Source of the DNA: Cenococcum geophilum
Lineage: Eukaryota
Length of the DNA stretch: 64,000 bases
Direction of reading: 5' to 3'
Assembly: GCA_050273025.1 (NCBI GenBank)
Contig: CP158636.1
Location: forward strand, 10,974,001 to 11,038,000
How positions within the stretch are numbered: position 1 is the stretch's first letter; every line of letters starts with the position of its first letter. The notes below the pieces were generated by a model. The model made no database searches and was not told the DNA's origin. It saw only the letters and a list, made by a program, of their open reading frames with translations. A program made the translations under genes and the position numbers. Below, in pieces: positions 14,716-26,600 of this stretch.

Positions 14716-14963
14716 AATTACTTATATATTACTTTGCTTAAATTTTTAATAAATAAAAAAGTAAAAATATTATATTTATTATATTAAAAGTTAGTAAATT
14801 TTATAAAATTAATTTTTATTAGTTATTTTTACTTAATATATATATTATAAAAATATAAAAAGCGTTAAAAATAGTATATTAAAGTAATATAAAAATATTA
14901 ATATAAAATTTTTTTGTTAAAATTTTTTATAATATATATTTATATATATAATACTAGTATATT

Positions 14964-15966
14964 AAAACACGCCTAAGTAAACTATGGAGGGACCCTAGGG
15001 TGCCCCGTAGGAGAACAAACCAATAACCCCAAAGTAGGGAAGAGATATTAGAGAAACAAGTAAAGAAAGTAGAAGAAGAATGGTGTCGCTTTAGGGCCCA
15101 GGCCTATATAGAGGAGGAAGGGAGACGCGCAAGAGGTTAGTAAAGACAATAGTAAGATAGAGAAAGGAGCTAAAGTAGAATATGTAAGAACGCTAGGAAA
15201 CCATCTACCGCAATATAATACTAGTTGGACTAACGCTAGAGAGGCGAATGGGAGTCAAAGGTATAGAGGCTAACTTAGGCAAGACGAACCCAAGCCATAG
15301 CATGGTTAATACTATAGGGGGTAAATACCTAAGGGCTCTAAGAAGGCCTAACAAAGGCAGAAAATATAATAGCAACACTCTTAAGAACAGGAATAATAGG
15401 ACTAAAAGATTGGCTTTACTGGGTGGGTATTCTAGTAAGTAGCCTAAGATGCGAATATAGCTGGCTAAAACAGACACCAAAACACGTAATACTGCTATGC
15501 CCCCTACGCACCAATTAAGAAATAATACTCTTAGTAGCTAGCACAGAGAACTATAATACACTGCTCTTAATATAAAAAGGCCTTAAGGCGGTCACCTAGT
15601 GGCTTATTAGTTAAAATGTGCTAAATTAGTTCCGGGTTATAAGGGAAATAGTAATAAAAGGCAAGGGGGCAAGCAGTAGGTGCCCCCTAGTAACTCTATA
15701 GTAGTAGAGTAAAAGTTTATAATACTAGCGCGTCCGTAGGCTTGTTACGGCAGCAGTGGTTCCTAAGGAGGTTAAATAGTAAGGTAGTAGAGCACCGTAG
15801 GCAACTCGTAGGCGCTAAGTAGGCGAGTCTTAAAAGGCGGGGAGATGGATTACGGGGTTTTCTTATTTTTCTTAAATAGAGTTTTCTCCCTATATGTAAA
15901 TAAGGAGTAGTCCGCGTGGGCCCAATAGGGATCCAAATTAGACGTTAAGCAATGAATTATTATTAT
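14964..15966 (+). mobile_element. 5'-truncated LINE (Tad1-like) 3' end, second copy
   Basis: Reads ATLLRTGIIGLKDWLYWVG..RCEYSWLKQTPKHVILLCP (RIPed CxC..H..C motif) around 15370-15503. Ends in a short ATT tail; duplicate of 7416-8303. Confidence 0.82.
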
Positions 15967-16325
15967 ATATAATACTAATTATTTTTATATACTTTTTTAT
16001 TATATATAAAATTAATAAACTATTATAATATATTAAAAATATAAAATATATAAAAAATATATAAAAAATTGAATATATAACCTTAACTTTAAAAAAAATT
16101 GTAATATAAGATATACAGCTATTTTAAATTAATTTTATTAGGGTAGGGGATATATAATTTTTTAATTTTTTAATCTAAATATTATTTTACTAATATAATA
16201 GCTTATATAAATATATTTTATACTTTATTTAATAATAATATTAGTAAAGTTATTAGAGTTGTAAGTTAAGCTAAGAGTGTCTCACTTAGGGGGGTGTCTT
16301 ACTTAGGGGTAAGGCACGTTAAAGT

Positions 16326-16475
16326 TATAAGGGGGTAATATAAATGGGTTAGACGCTTACCCTACTAGTATAGTAAACAAAATAACCTAACCCCGCTATG
16401 TCACTCTGGACTCGCTTATTTCTTTACCTATACTAGTAGGGTAGGCGTCTAACCCGTTTATATTACCCCCTTATA
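16326..16475. mobile_element. MITE of Tc1/mariner type, about 150 bp
   Basis: 48-bp inverted repeats (16326-16373 and 16428-16475, 2 transition mismatches) including TA at both outer ends. Confidence 0.85.
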
Positions 16476-17526
16476 CTACTAGTGTTACTGCCCAGATCTT
16501 AGCTAAAACTTATTAGGGAGCTCTAGGACTTGTCCGCTAAATCTAGTAGATAATTTACATCCCCTACTAGGAGTTTATCCTTTATTACCTTACTACTTCA
16601 ATTTAGCGTCAAGAATATTTAGATAATTTAGTACCCTAGCTAGAGGCTATAGCCCTTGCTAAAGGCCTTACTAGATAAAGTTAAGCGCTAATAGTAGGAA
16701 AATTACTTAACGCGAACGTACCAAATTACCCTATACAGTAAAATACGCTTGGCATTTGTGCTCTTACGGCTGGCCGTGCCGCGCCCTATAGGGACCTTTT
16801 GCACCAAATTGACGCTAGAGGTTAATAAGCTATATAACGTGTTCTACTACTTACTTGCGAACACTAGTTACTTATAAACCCCACTAAAATCAACACGCGT
16901 TTTTGTACGATTATTCCACTATAATAAAATTAATTAAATTAAAATCTAGCCTATAGCTTCTCTAGATACTAGTACATTAACACCTATTATAGCCTTAGAT
17001 ATAGCAATTTAAGCGCGTTGGTAGTGCGCGCTGGCGTACCTAAGTAGCCTCTCTCTAAGTCTCCTCCACCTCTACATTATCTAATGCCTTAATTAAGCGC
17101 TAGCCCTCCTAGGCCTATAGAGCTCCTCCCTATATAATATACCTTTAGCGCTACTATTGCTTCTATTTTTAATATTAATTTGCTATATAAAGCTTTAAAT
17201 TCTTCTTTATAAGTAGAGTAGCTAAATATATTATTATCTGGCATCCTTTAATAAATTAGTTAATTGCTTAACTAGGGCTCTGTAACTAGCGCTAATAGAG
17301 GTTATATATAAGCCTTACCTACTGCTTTAGCTAAGTAGTAGTATATAGTGTTTTTAACGTCTATTGAGGTACTAGGCCGTTAGCTATACCTAATAGAGAG
17401 GGTGTCTTTAGGACTAGAAGTAATAATAAAACGCGCTAAGGATTATATGGCAATAGGCCTATAGCAAGAAATCCACTTCTAATATTCTAATTTAAGAAGA
17501 TAGATAGCCTTACCTTTCTATATATC

Positions 17527-19225
17527 TGTTACGGGACTCACTTATTCTCATATCTCTGCGCGTCTTTAACGTTCTTAACCCATGCTTACGTTCGTCCCAA
17601 AACCCCTACGCACGTTCCCCTACAACCCCTATTTATACCTTATACCTAGCACATAAAGACTCTTCTTCTTTATCTAATATCTTTATATTAACTACGTATA
17701 GTTACGTATATATAGCCTTCTTAATTACTACCTCGTTTAGTACATTGTATCCCAGTTCATGCCTACTCTATAATACTATATTAAATCCCTTTTCTACGTA
17801 CCTAGTGGGCCTAGGGCTACTAGTTACGGAGTATACCTTTTTATACCTTATAAGGGTAGGAACAAGAGCTGCTAGCTATAGGTAGACTAGGACGTTAGGG
17901 CTCTAATCTAGTATAATAAGACTTCGCGCTAATTTATATATAGACCTGCCGACAAAACCTTATACCGTTACGCCTACGAGACAACCTCTAGCTTACACCC
18001 TACTGCTACTAATTTTAAACAAGCGCGTTACTGCCCCTCCAGTTTGACCTTACATAGCTCGCATCCTACTATATAACGACCTAAACCCGAACCTAACGCT
18101 GGCATTATACTGCTATCCTACTAACCTAGCCCCGTTACTGCCGTATAAATCTAACAAGTCTCTATGCTAATACGCCTATAAACTAACAAGACTTGTACCA
18201 ATACGCCTATAAAACAACCCTAATAACCCGTTATGCTAATAAGCCTACAACCTAAACACGACTAGGTAGAGCCTTGCTCCCTAGGTACCCTACTAAATAG
18301 AGCATAGCTCTCTAGACCAACCCTATCGCTTATATTATACTACTACCTAAACTAATAAGCTTTATACTAATTCGCCTACAGAACCCAAACCTGCCGCTAG
18401 CACTATACTGCTACCCGAATCTAATAAGATCCTATACTAATATGCCTACAGAACCCTGCGCTAGCACCGTACTACTACTATAAGAACCTACCTATAACTA
18501 TAAATACTATACTACACTAATAAGAACCTACTAAGAAGACCTATACCACAATTATAACCACCATATTAACAGTATTATACTGCCAAATAAGCCATAAATA
18601 CTACCTAAAAACGCCTATTTTGGACCAAAATTGCCTATTTTATACTAAAAATCAGGGCTATTTTTTAGGGGGACCTAGAGTAGGATAATAAGGGAAGACT
18701 ATAGAGCTGCTAGAAGTAAGGAAAGGGACTATATAAGCTTTAGTAAAGCGTCTCTAAGCGGCAAGGATAGGAGTATAGCTGGCAATAAAAGCTGGGCTAT
18801 TTTTTAGGCCTAAGAAGTTAGTGGCCTAATAATAAAACATAGAAGGACTAAACTGGCGGAGCCTGCGCAGCGTAGGACGTAGAAGGGCGGAGAAGGGCTA
18901 ATAAAAAAAAATCCTATAATAGGTTTTTTGTATATACAATACGCCTCGCAGGAGCTTAAAAGTAAGGGGGGGGTACTATTACGGGACTCACTTGTTCTTA
19001 CGTCTCTGCGCATCTTTAACGTTCTTAACCCATACTTACGTTCGTCCTAAGACACCTATGCACATTCCCCTACAACCCCTATTTATACCTTATACCTAGT
19101 ATATAAAAACTCTTCTTCTTTATCTAATATCTTTATATTAACCACGTATAGTTACGTGTACGTAGCCTTCTTAATTACTACCTTATTTAGTATATTGTAT
19201 CCTAGTTCGTGCCTACTCCGTAACA
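17527..19225 (+). mobile_element. Non-autonomous LTR retroelement G (1.7 kb)
   Basis: 249-bp LTRs at 17527-17775 and 18977-19225 (TG..CA), perfect TSD ATATC, G-rich PPT before the 3' LTR. The 1.2-kb interior is repetitive with no recognisable pol motifs. Confidence 0.9.
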
Positions 19226-20289
19226 ATATCTATAGAAATTCTTTATTAATATGGTGGATTCCTTAGTAGGTAAAAGTAAGCACCTCTTCTCCATACGTGT
19301 GCTTAAGAGAAAAGTAGTAGCTTATATTAAGCGGCTAAAGACGGTATAAGGTATATATAGGTATATAAAGCGTTATATAAACGAAGCGTTATAGCTAGCG
19401 TAATGATATAAAGATCCGATCTAGTAGTATAGCTACTTATAGGCTTAGAAGGTATAGGTACCTTAAAGCTACTATATAAGCCACTTGTTAATTATAGCGC
19501 TAAGGGAGTAGAATATAAAGGAATTATTATAGTAGCGGATAGATCTATAGAATTCTTTCAATCTAGGCGTTTATTATATATGTATATTTACGCTTTCTAA
19601 TTCCGCTAGCAGCTGTTAGAGATTGCGTAGGTAGCTTACCTACGTAGGAACGTATATAGTACTATTAGCGCAGTAAGAAAAGTGGGGGTTTTTCTTTATA
19701 GAGTAAATATTTCCCTCTTCTAGCTAGTATAGGGCCTTATAGTAGCTATACTTATATATAGCCCGCCCTATAACAAACTAATAATTAATACCCTACTATA
19801 GAGGCTCCTTTATAATATTTAGGCCTAGCTTATATGCCTAGCCTATATAAAACGGAGTATAGTAGAAGTCTATATTTAGTATAGGACGCGGATTAGGGCG
19901 GGCGTTAGCGTTTAGGGACGGCAGCCGTCTTTATATAGGCGAAACTTCCTCTTCCTCTATCTATAGCCTACTAGTGCGTCTTTACTAGGAGTGGGGCGTT
20001 ATTAAGGCATACTAGAGTAGAGGAAGAGGAGGAGTAGAAGAAGGAGAAGAGAAGGGACAGTTACTAAAGCTAGCGGAATTAAGGCGTGTCTTTATTTATC
20101 GACCGGTATACGCCCGTATCTACTACGAGTTAGTGTGTATATTAAAAGAACGAAGGAGAGTAAGGGACTCCCGCTAGGCGGTAGAGCAGAAAGGCGTAGC
20201 CGTAAATACGTCTTTCTCCTGCTAGGGTTGCTCTGCTAAGAAGTCGTCCTATTATAGGAGTTACTCTACTAAGTAGGATACTAGTAACT

Positions 20290-20651
20290 ATTACGAAGGC
20301 TATTACGGAAGCTATTACGGAAGCTATTGCGGAAGCTATTAAGGAAGCTATAGAGAAGGGTCTTAAGAAGGGTCTTAAGGAGGGTCTTAAGGAGAAGGCT
20401 GTATTTTATATGCGTTGCGTGCTCTTCTACGCGCGTATACCTACCTTTTAAATCTTAAAGCTGTTTATATAAAGCTTTATAGAGCTCTAAGTAGAGCCTT
20501 AATAGAGCTTAGTATAGAGCTTTAAGTAAAGCCTTTATAGAGCTTTATATAGAGGTTTGTATAGAGCTTTTATAGAGCTATAGTGCTCCATATAGGGCTC
20601 CGTGCACGTCTCCCCCTAAGTTTTATTTAGTAGAGATATCGCAAAGCTCTC
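20290..20651 (-). repeat. RIPed relative of the 12-bp-repeat TIR element family, split by Gypsy A
   Basis: Reverse complement agagctttgcga..cttagggggagacgtgcacggagccct.. matches 61918-62010 (gagctttgcga..ctcagggggagacctgcacggagctct..). Degenerate 12-bp repeats are present. Confidence 0.65.
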
Positions 20652-23600
20652 TGTTACGGACGCTTTAAGTACAATATTACGACTACTTGGAGAAGAGTTA
20701 GAGGAAGCTAGTTGGTTAATATAAGCACGGTCTAGGATGGAACCCGTGGAACCATGTAATGAAGAATGGTAAGCGAGTTACATAACGGTTGAACGCATTG
20801 GCTGTGTTGAACGCGAGGGACGTTATGTTTAATACAGATAATACGCACCTTACGTATAAAAAGGATTTCTTAGGAGTACGGTTATGTATTTAAGGACCCT
20901 TAGTCCCTACCTAAATAGTTCCTTCCTTGTAGTAATTCTTAGAATATAATTAGAGTTAATCTATTAGGTAACCACTTTACCAGTTATTATTACGTTGTTA
21001 ACTTATCTGTTTCTATATACCTAGCCTATTAATAGAACCTACCGTAGTTCCTACTACAAGGTTCCGTTACATAATTACTACCACGGTTATAGTTAATAAG
21101 TTAAATAATATGCTACCAAAAGCAGCCACCATAACGCCATTAACGGCGGCAACTACTTTAAGATTAGGTAATGACACTAGTATAGCAAACACTAACTTAT
21201 AATAACCCGTAACAGTAGGGCAGCTATAAGAGATAGTTAACCGGTTAACAGAAAATAATATAATACTCAAAAATAGGATTAACGGGATAGGCGCAGCAAA
21301 AATTAAGCTACTATTAATTAAGCGATTTATAGGAGAAAGACTAAAGCTTAAAGGATTCCTTACGTAAATATACTTTAAGGTTTTATAAAAAGGGGCTAAG
21401 CTACTAATACCTATAGATTAAGTAGCGTATACAGGATTGTTCTTATTAGGAAGAGCACTTAAATAGTTTAAGCCTTACCTTATAGAGATATAAGTAAATA
21501 AAATAATAACTATAAACTAAGAGGTACGGTTTATGTTCTTAAGCTAGGGCGGATTTATAAAGCGATTTACATAAATGTTTGGGGACCCGAAAGCAATAAT
21601 AATAGTAAAAAAAAAGCTTTAAGACCTAACGTAATAAACTTTAGCAATTAAGTATATAATATAGTTCTAAACGCTAGCTATATAAGTTAAGTGGAATAAT
21701 AAGGCGCTTATAGCATAGTATAAATAGGGACTTAAAGTAAAAGTCTAGAACGTAATTATTCTAATAGAAGATATAGACACCCTTAGGGAATTAATAGATT
21801 AAGTAATTAAGATTAATAATAGGATCTTCTAAAGGGAATAGGCTAAGAGAGGCTAGAATAGAGTTCTATAGTTATATAAGACGCAGAGTATGTAATAACT
21901 AAAGTTAAATTAAAAACTATAGTATAGCGTAGAGCTAATAGACCTAAGTGGTACTAAAGAAACCTATAAGAGATAGGGAAAGCAACTATAGAAACCTAGA
22001 AGTTAAGGATTAAGTAATTAAAGGACTAAGGAGTATAGGCTAAACTAAGGATCTTAGCAGCAGAAGATGTTTAAGCGGACTCTATAATAGAAGCAATGGT
22101 TTAAAGACGGAGCTTATATAAATTGCGGAAAATAGGGTTATTTTACTAGAGACTGTAGAAGTAGTTAGAGTTACTATATAGTAAAGGAAACTAGATTAAT
22201 AGTATATAACACACACGTATAGAGGGACGATAGTATACTACAAGGAATAAAAGAATGTTTAATCCGAAGTTTTACGTTTTATTATAATAACGCATACTAA
22301 GTTTATAAAAACGCTAAGTATGGCGTAAGCTATTAGCTATAAGAGCTAGAGTTAAAGGGACTTAAAGGAACTATAGAGTTAGATAAAGAATAAGATCGAC
22401 TCTATAAGCTAGATTAAGATATTATAGTAATATATGGATAAAGATTAGTAACAATAATAATAGAGTTGGAGTACTTATTAATTAATAGCAATAAGGAAAA
22501 GAAAGGAACTAACTAGGAGTATTTAAACCTTAATAATACAATAGAAGTAGAGACTGAGACCGCTATAGAGTAAGGTTTAGTAATAGGTATTATAACACCA
22601 TTAAATACAGCATCTATTGCTTTATAAGATGGAAGAAGTAATATCTATAGGCGATTAAGCAAGCAGACGACTGCTAGTGCTAGCTTACTACTTAATAAAG
22701 GCAAAAGGCTAAAGGCTTAAGATTCTTAAGACGAGATAAGGTACGCTTAAGGACCTATAATAGACGATAACCGATGGAGTAGAGTAATAGCTTAGTTTAG
22801 TAATATATAAATAAGCTTAGGACGAAGTTTCCTAAAGGCATAAGACTTTTAAGACAAGATAAGTGAGATTTAAAACTTTTAAGATAAAATAAGAATACTA
22901 GTAAAGCCTAGTTGGACTAAGGCTAGAGCGCAGCTTAAGAAAGAAGTAAGCTTAGGATTAAAGAATCTAAGGGACTAAGAATTTAGAGTACGAATTAGGG
23001 CACCTATAAGTAAGAAGTAAGAGACTTTACTACGGATTAGAGAATCCGTAATACAAATAGTAGTTAAACTAGGAGACAGATTTATAGACCTAGAAGACTT
23101 ACTAGGGGAATATAGTATTTAGCCTAAAGATTAAAAAGTTAATACCGCGATTAAGAAGTAAGAAGACTTTAAGGATCTAGCTATAAGACGTAGGCACTAA
23201 AAAACTATAAATAAATTTAAAGTAAGAATCTTTGCATAGTATAAATAAGGACTAGATATAAGATTTAGTATATTAGGTTATATACGAGACAGAGCACTAG
23301 TATAAAGAATTACTAATAGGCTAAGAGTAGGCACACTAAGAGCTAAGTAGCTTACTAAACTGGAAGATAAAGAGGATCTAGGAATCCTAACTAGATTTAA
23401 AGAACGACATATAAAGGGCTGTCATAATGTAGTAATAAGAAGATACTTCCTTACAGATAAACCGTATATACTCTAGTAGCTATACTAAAGGTGGTATAGG
23501 CAAAGATATAATAATAAGTAGGAAGATTTCTATATATAGTTAGACGAGAAAGTTATTTAGGACTACCTAATTACGGAAAAAGCAATAAATTATATTAAGG

Positions 23601-26600
23601 AAGCCTTAATTATAACGTTAAAAGATCTAAAAGAATAATTAGAGGACTAAAGAAGTAAAAGATGTATTTTAGTACCCATAAACGAAGTTATAACGTTTAG
23701 ATTAGTATAATAAAGGTTTAAACTTAAAGATAAAGACGAGTTAAGAGTTAACCTAAAATACGCAGTATACTATACGCTATTATAGATTATATGTATAGAT
23801 AATATATGCGAGATATATAAAAATCTAAAAAAAAAGAATTAGAAATACCCTATAAGGATATATTAGGCGCCAAATAAGTAATAGTATAGAAATGTTAAGT
23901 ATATACACAGCTGGTATCTAATAGAAGTTTAGGAGTTAGGAGACTTAACACTTTAACTAGGAAGATTCCTTATAGAAGAATACTTAGACGGATAACAGTG
24001 GTGGGAATACCTAGAAAATATGTGTCTATAGTATATTAAGGATAAAAAGCGAATAAAGTATTGGCTAAAGAATAAGTTAAGTATACTAGAATCTAATAGC
24101 TAATAGTTAAGAAAAGTAGAGGCCTATGGGACTAGAGGGAGCCAGTGGTAAAGCCTTAGACCCTTAAAGGAATTTAAAAATAATACCTAAATCTATAAGT
24201 TAAATGGTAAGATTAATAGTTTAAAGCGCTAGTAGATAGTAGAGCAATAAGAAACTATATTTTACTAGTAGCAGTTAAAAGGATAGGGCTACTATATAGA
24301 TAAAAGGAGCATTTATATCTACTAGTTATAATTTTAGAAGATTTAATAGCCTATAAAGGAGGTATTATTAACCTTAAAATAGGACCTATTTAGATAACTA
24401 TTAAAGGGAGATAGATTAAGATGTCTTTTAATATATTACTATTAGGGAATAATAAGGCAGTACTAGAAATACCTTAGTTACAGAAATATAATCTAAAGAT
24501 TAATTAAATCACAGGTTAGGTTAATATCCGAGATACTTAATAATGTAAAACGTAATAATAGGCCAAAATAGTATGGTACTAAGTAGGAGCAACCTATAAA
24601 GAAATAAATAAAGGACTAAGTTATATACTAAAGAAATACTATAAGTATGGCAAAAAACTCTAGTTACTAGAAAGTAAGAAGCTGTTAGAGTACGTAGTAT
24701 AGGATTATAAGATAGAATTAGAACTAAAAATAAGTCTAAGATTTTTTCTAATTTATAAGCTTACTAAAGAAGAAGGGAAAGCACTAAAAGAGTTTATCTA
24801 GGAAAACTTATAAAAGGGATATATTAGACTATTGTAGTTATTAGTAGGTTATCCAGTACTATTTATACCAAAGAAAAATGGAAAACTTAGACTATACATT
24901 AACTATAGATAGTTAAATAGCATTACTAGAAAGGATAGTGTTATAAACGCTTTAAGTACAATGTTACGACTACTTAGAGAAGAGTTGGAAGAAGCTAGTT
25001 AGTTAATACAAGCACGGTCTAGGATAGAACCCATGGAACCATATGACGAGGAATAGTAAGCAGAGTTATATGATGTGATCTGTGTAATCTATATAATCTG
25101 CAAGATCTATAATAGAGCAAACAGAGCAGACGGAGCAGATAGAGCAACGACTTTCTTAGAAGTATAGTTGTGTATTTAAGGACCCTCAGTCCCTACCTAA
25201 ATAGTTCCTTCCTTGTAGTAATTCTCAGAATACAATTAGAGTTAATCTATTAGGCAACCACTCCACTAGTTATTATTACGTTGTTAACTTACTTATAATA
25301 CCTATATACCTAGCCCATTAATAAGTCTACCGTAGTTCCTACTACAAGGCTCCGTTATATAATTACTACCACGGTTACGGTTTTAATAAGTTAAATAACA
25401 TGCTACTAAAAGCAGCCACCACGACGCCATTAACGGCGGCAACTACTTTAAGGTCAGGAGGTGATACTAGTATAGTGGACACTAACTCGCAACAACCTGT
25501 GACATTAGGACAATTATAAGCAATAGTTAACTAGTTAACGGGAGATAACGCGGCACTTAAAAATAGGATTAATAGAATAGGCGCAGTAAAGGTTAAGTTA
25601 CTATTAATCAAAAGATTCTTAGGAGAAAGATTAAAGCTTAAGGGATTCCTTACGTAAATACACTTTAAGGTAACACAGGAAGGAGTAAAGCTGGCAATAA
25701 CTATAGATCAAGTAGCGTATGCAGGATTATTCTTATTAGGAAGAGCACTTAAATAGTTTAAGCCTTACCTTATAGAGATATAAGCAAATAGAATAACAAC
25801 AACAAACCAAGAGGTACGGTTTATGTTCTTAAGCTAAAATAGATTCGCGGAGCAACTTATACAAATATTTAGAGATCTAAAGGTAACAACCATAGCGGAA
25901 AGGAAACTTTAAGATATAACGTAGTTCCAAACACTAGTAATATAAGTTAAGTAGAATAATAGGGCGCTTATAATACAGTATAAACAGGGACTTAAGGCTA
26001 AAGTCTAGGATATAATTATTCTAATAAAAGATGCGGACACCCTAAAGGAATTAATAGATTAAGCAATTAAGATCAATAATAGGATCTTCTAAAGGGAATA
26101 GGCTAAGAGAGGCCAGGATAGAGTTCTATAATTATATAAGACGTAGAGTATACAACAACTAAAGCTAAGTTAGAAACTATAGTATGGCGCAGAGCTAATA
26201 GACCTAAGTAGTACTAAAGAAACCTATAAAAGATAGGGAAAGCAACTATAAAAACCTAGAGGTTAAGGATTAAGTAATTATAGGACTAAAGAGCATAGGC
26301 TAAACCAAGGATCTTAGCAATAGAAGATATTTAAGCGGACTCTATAACAAAAGCAATGGTTTAAAGAAGGAGCTTATATAAATTACAGAAAATAGGGTTA
26401 TTTCGCCAGAGACTATAAAAGTAATTAGAGTTATTACGCAGTAAAGGGAACTAGACTAATAGTATATAATATACACGTATAAAGGGATAATAGTGTACTA
26501 CAAGGAACAAAAGAATATTTAATTAGAAGTTTTGCATTTTATTACAATAATATATACCAAATTTATAAAGACGCCAAGTATAGTGCAAGCTATTGGCTAT

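Larger units (their letters stand above)
16260..19385 (-). mobile_element. pogo/Fot1-type DNA transposon 3' half (DDE_1 transposase relic), interrupted by an LTR element and a MITE
   Basis: Minus strand reads YRL*PLNISY..SLKHTYG..GIHHINKEFL (19385-19230), rejoins NIRSGFLAIGLLPYNP (~17490-17440), and ends in a RIPed zinc knuckle RQRALPTRLNCYI*GYNR (~17040-16985). TIR-like repeats gtgtct.acttagg lie at 16260-16310. Confidence 0.78.
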
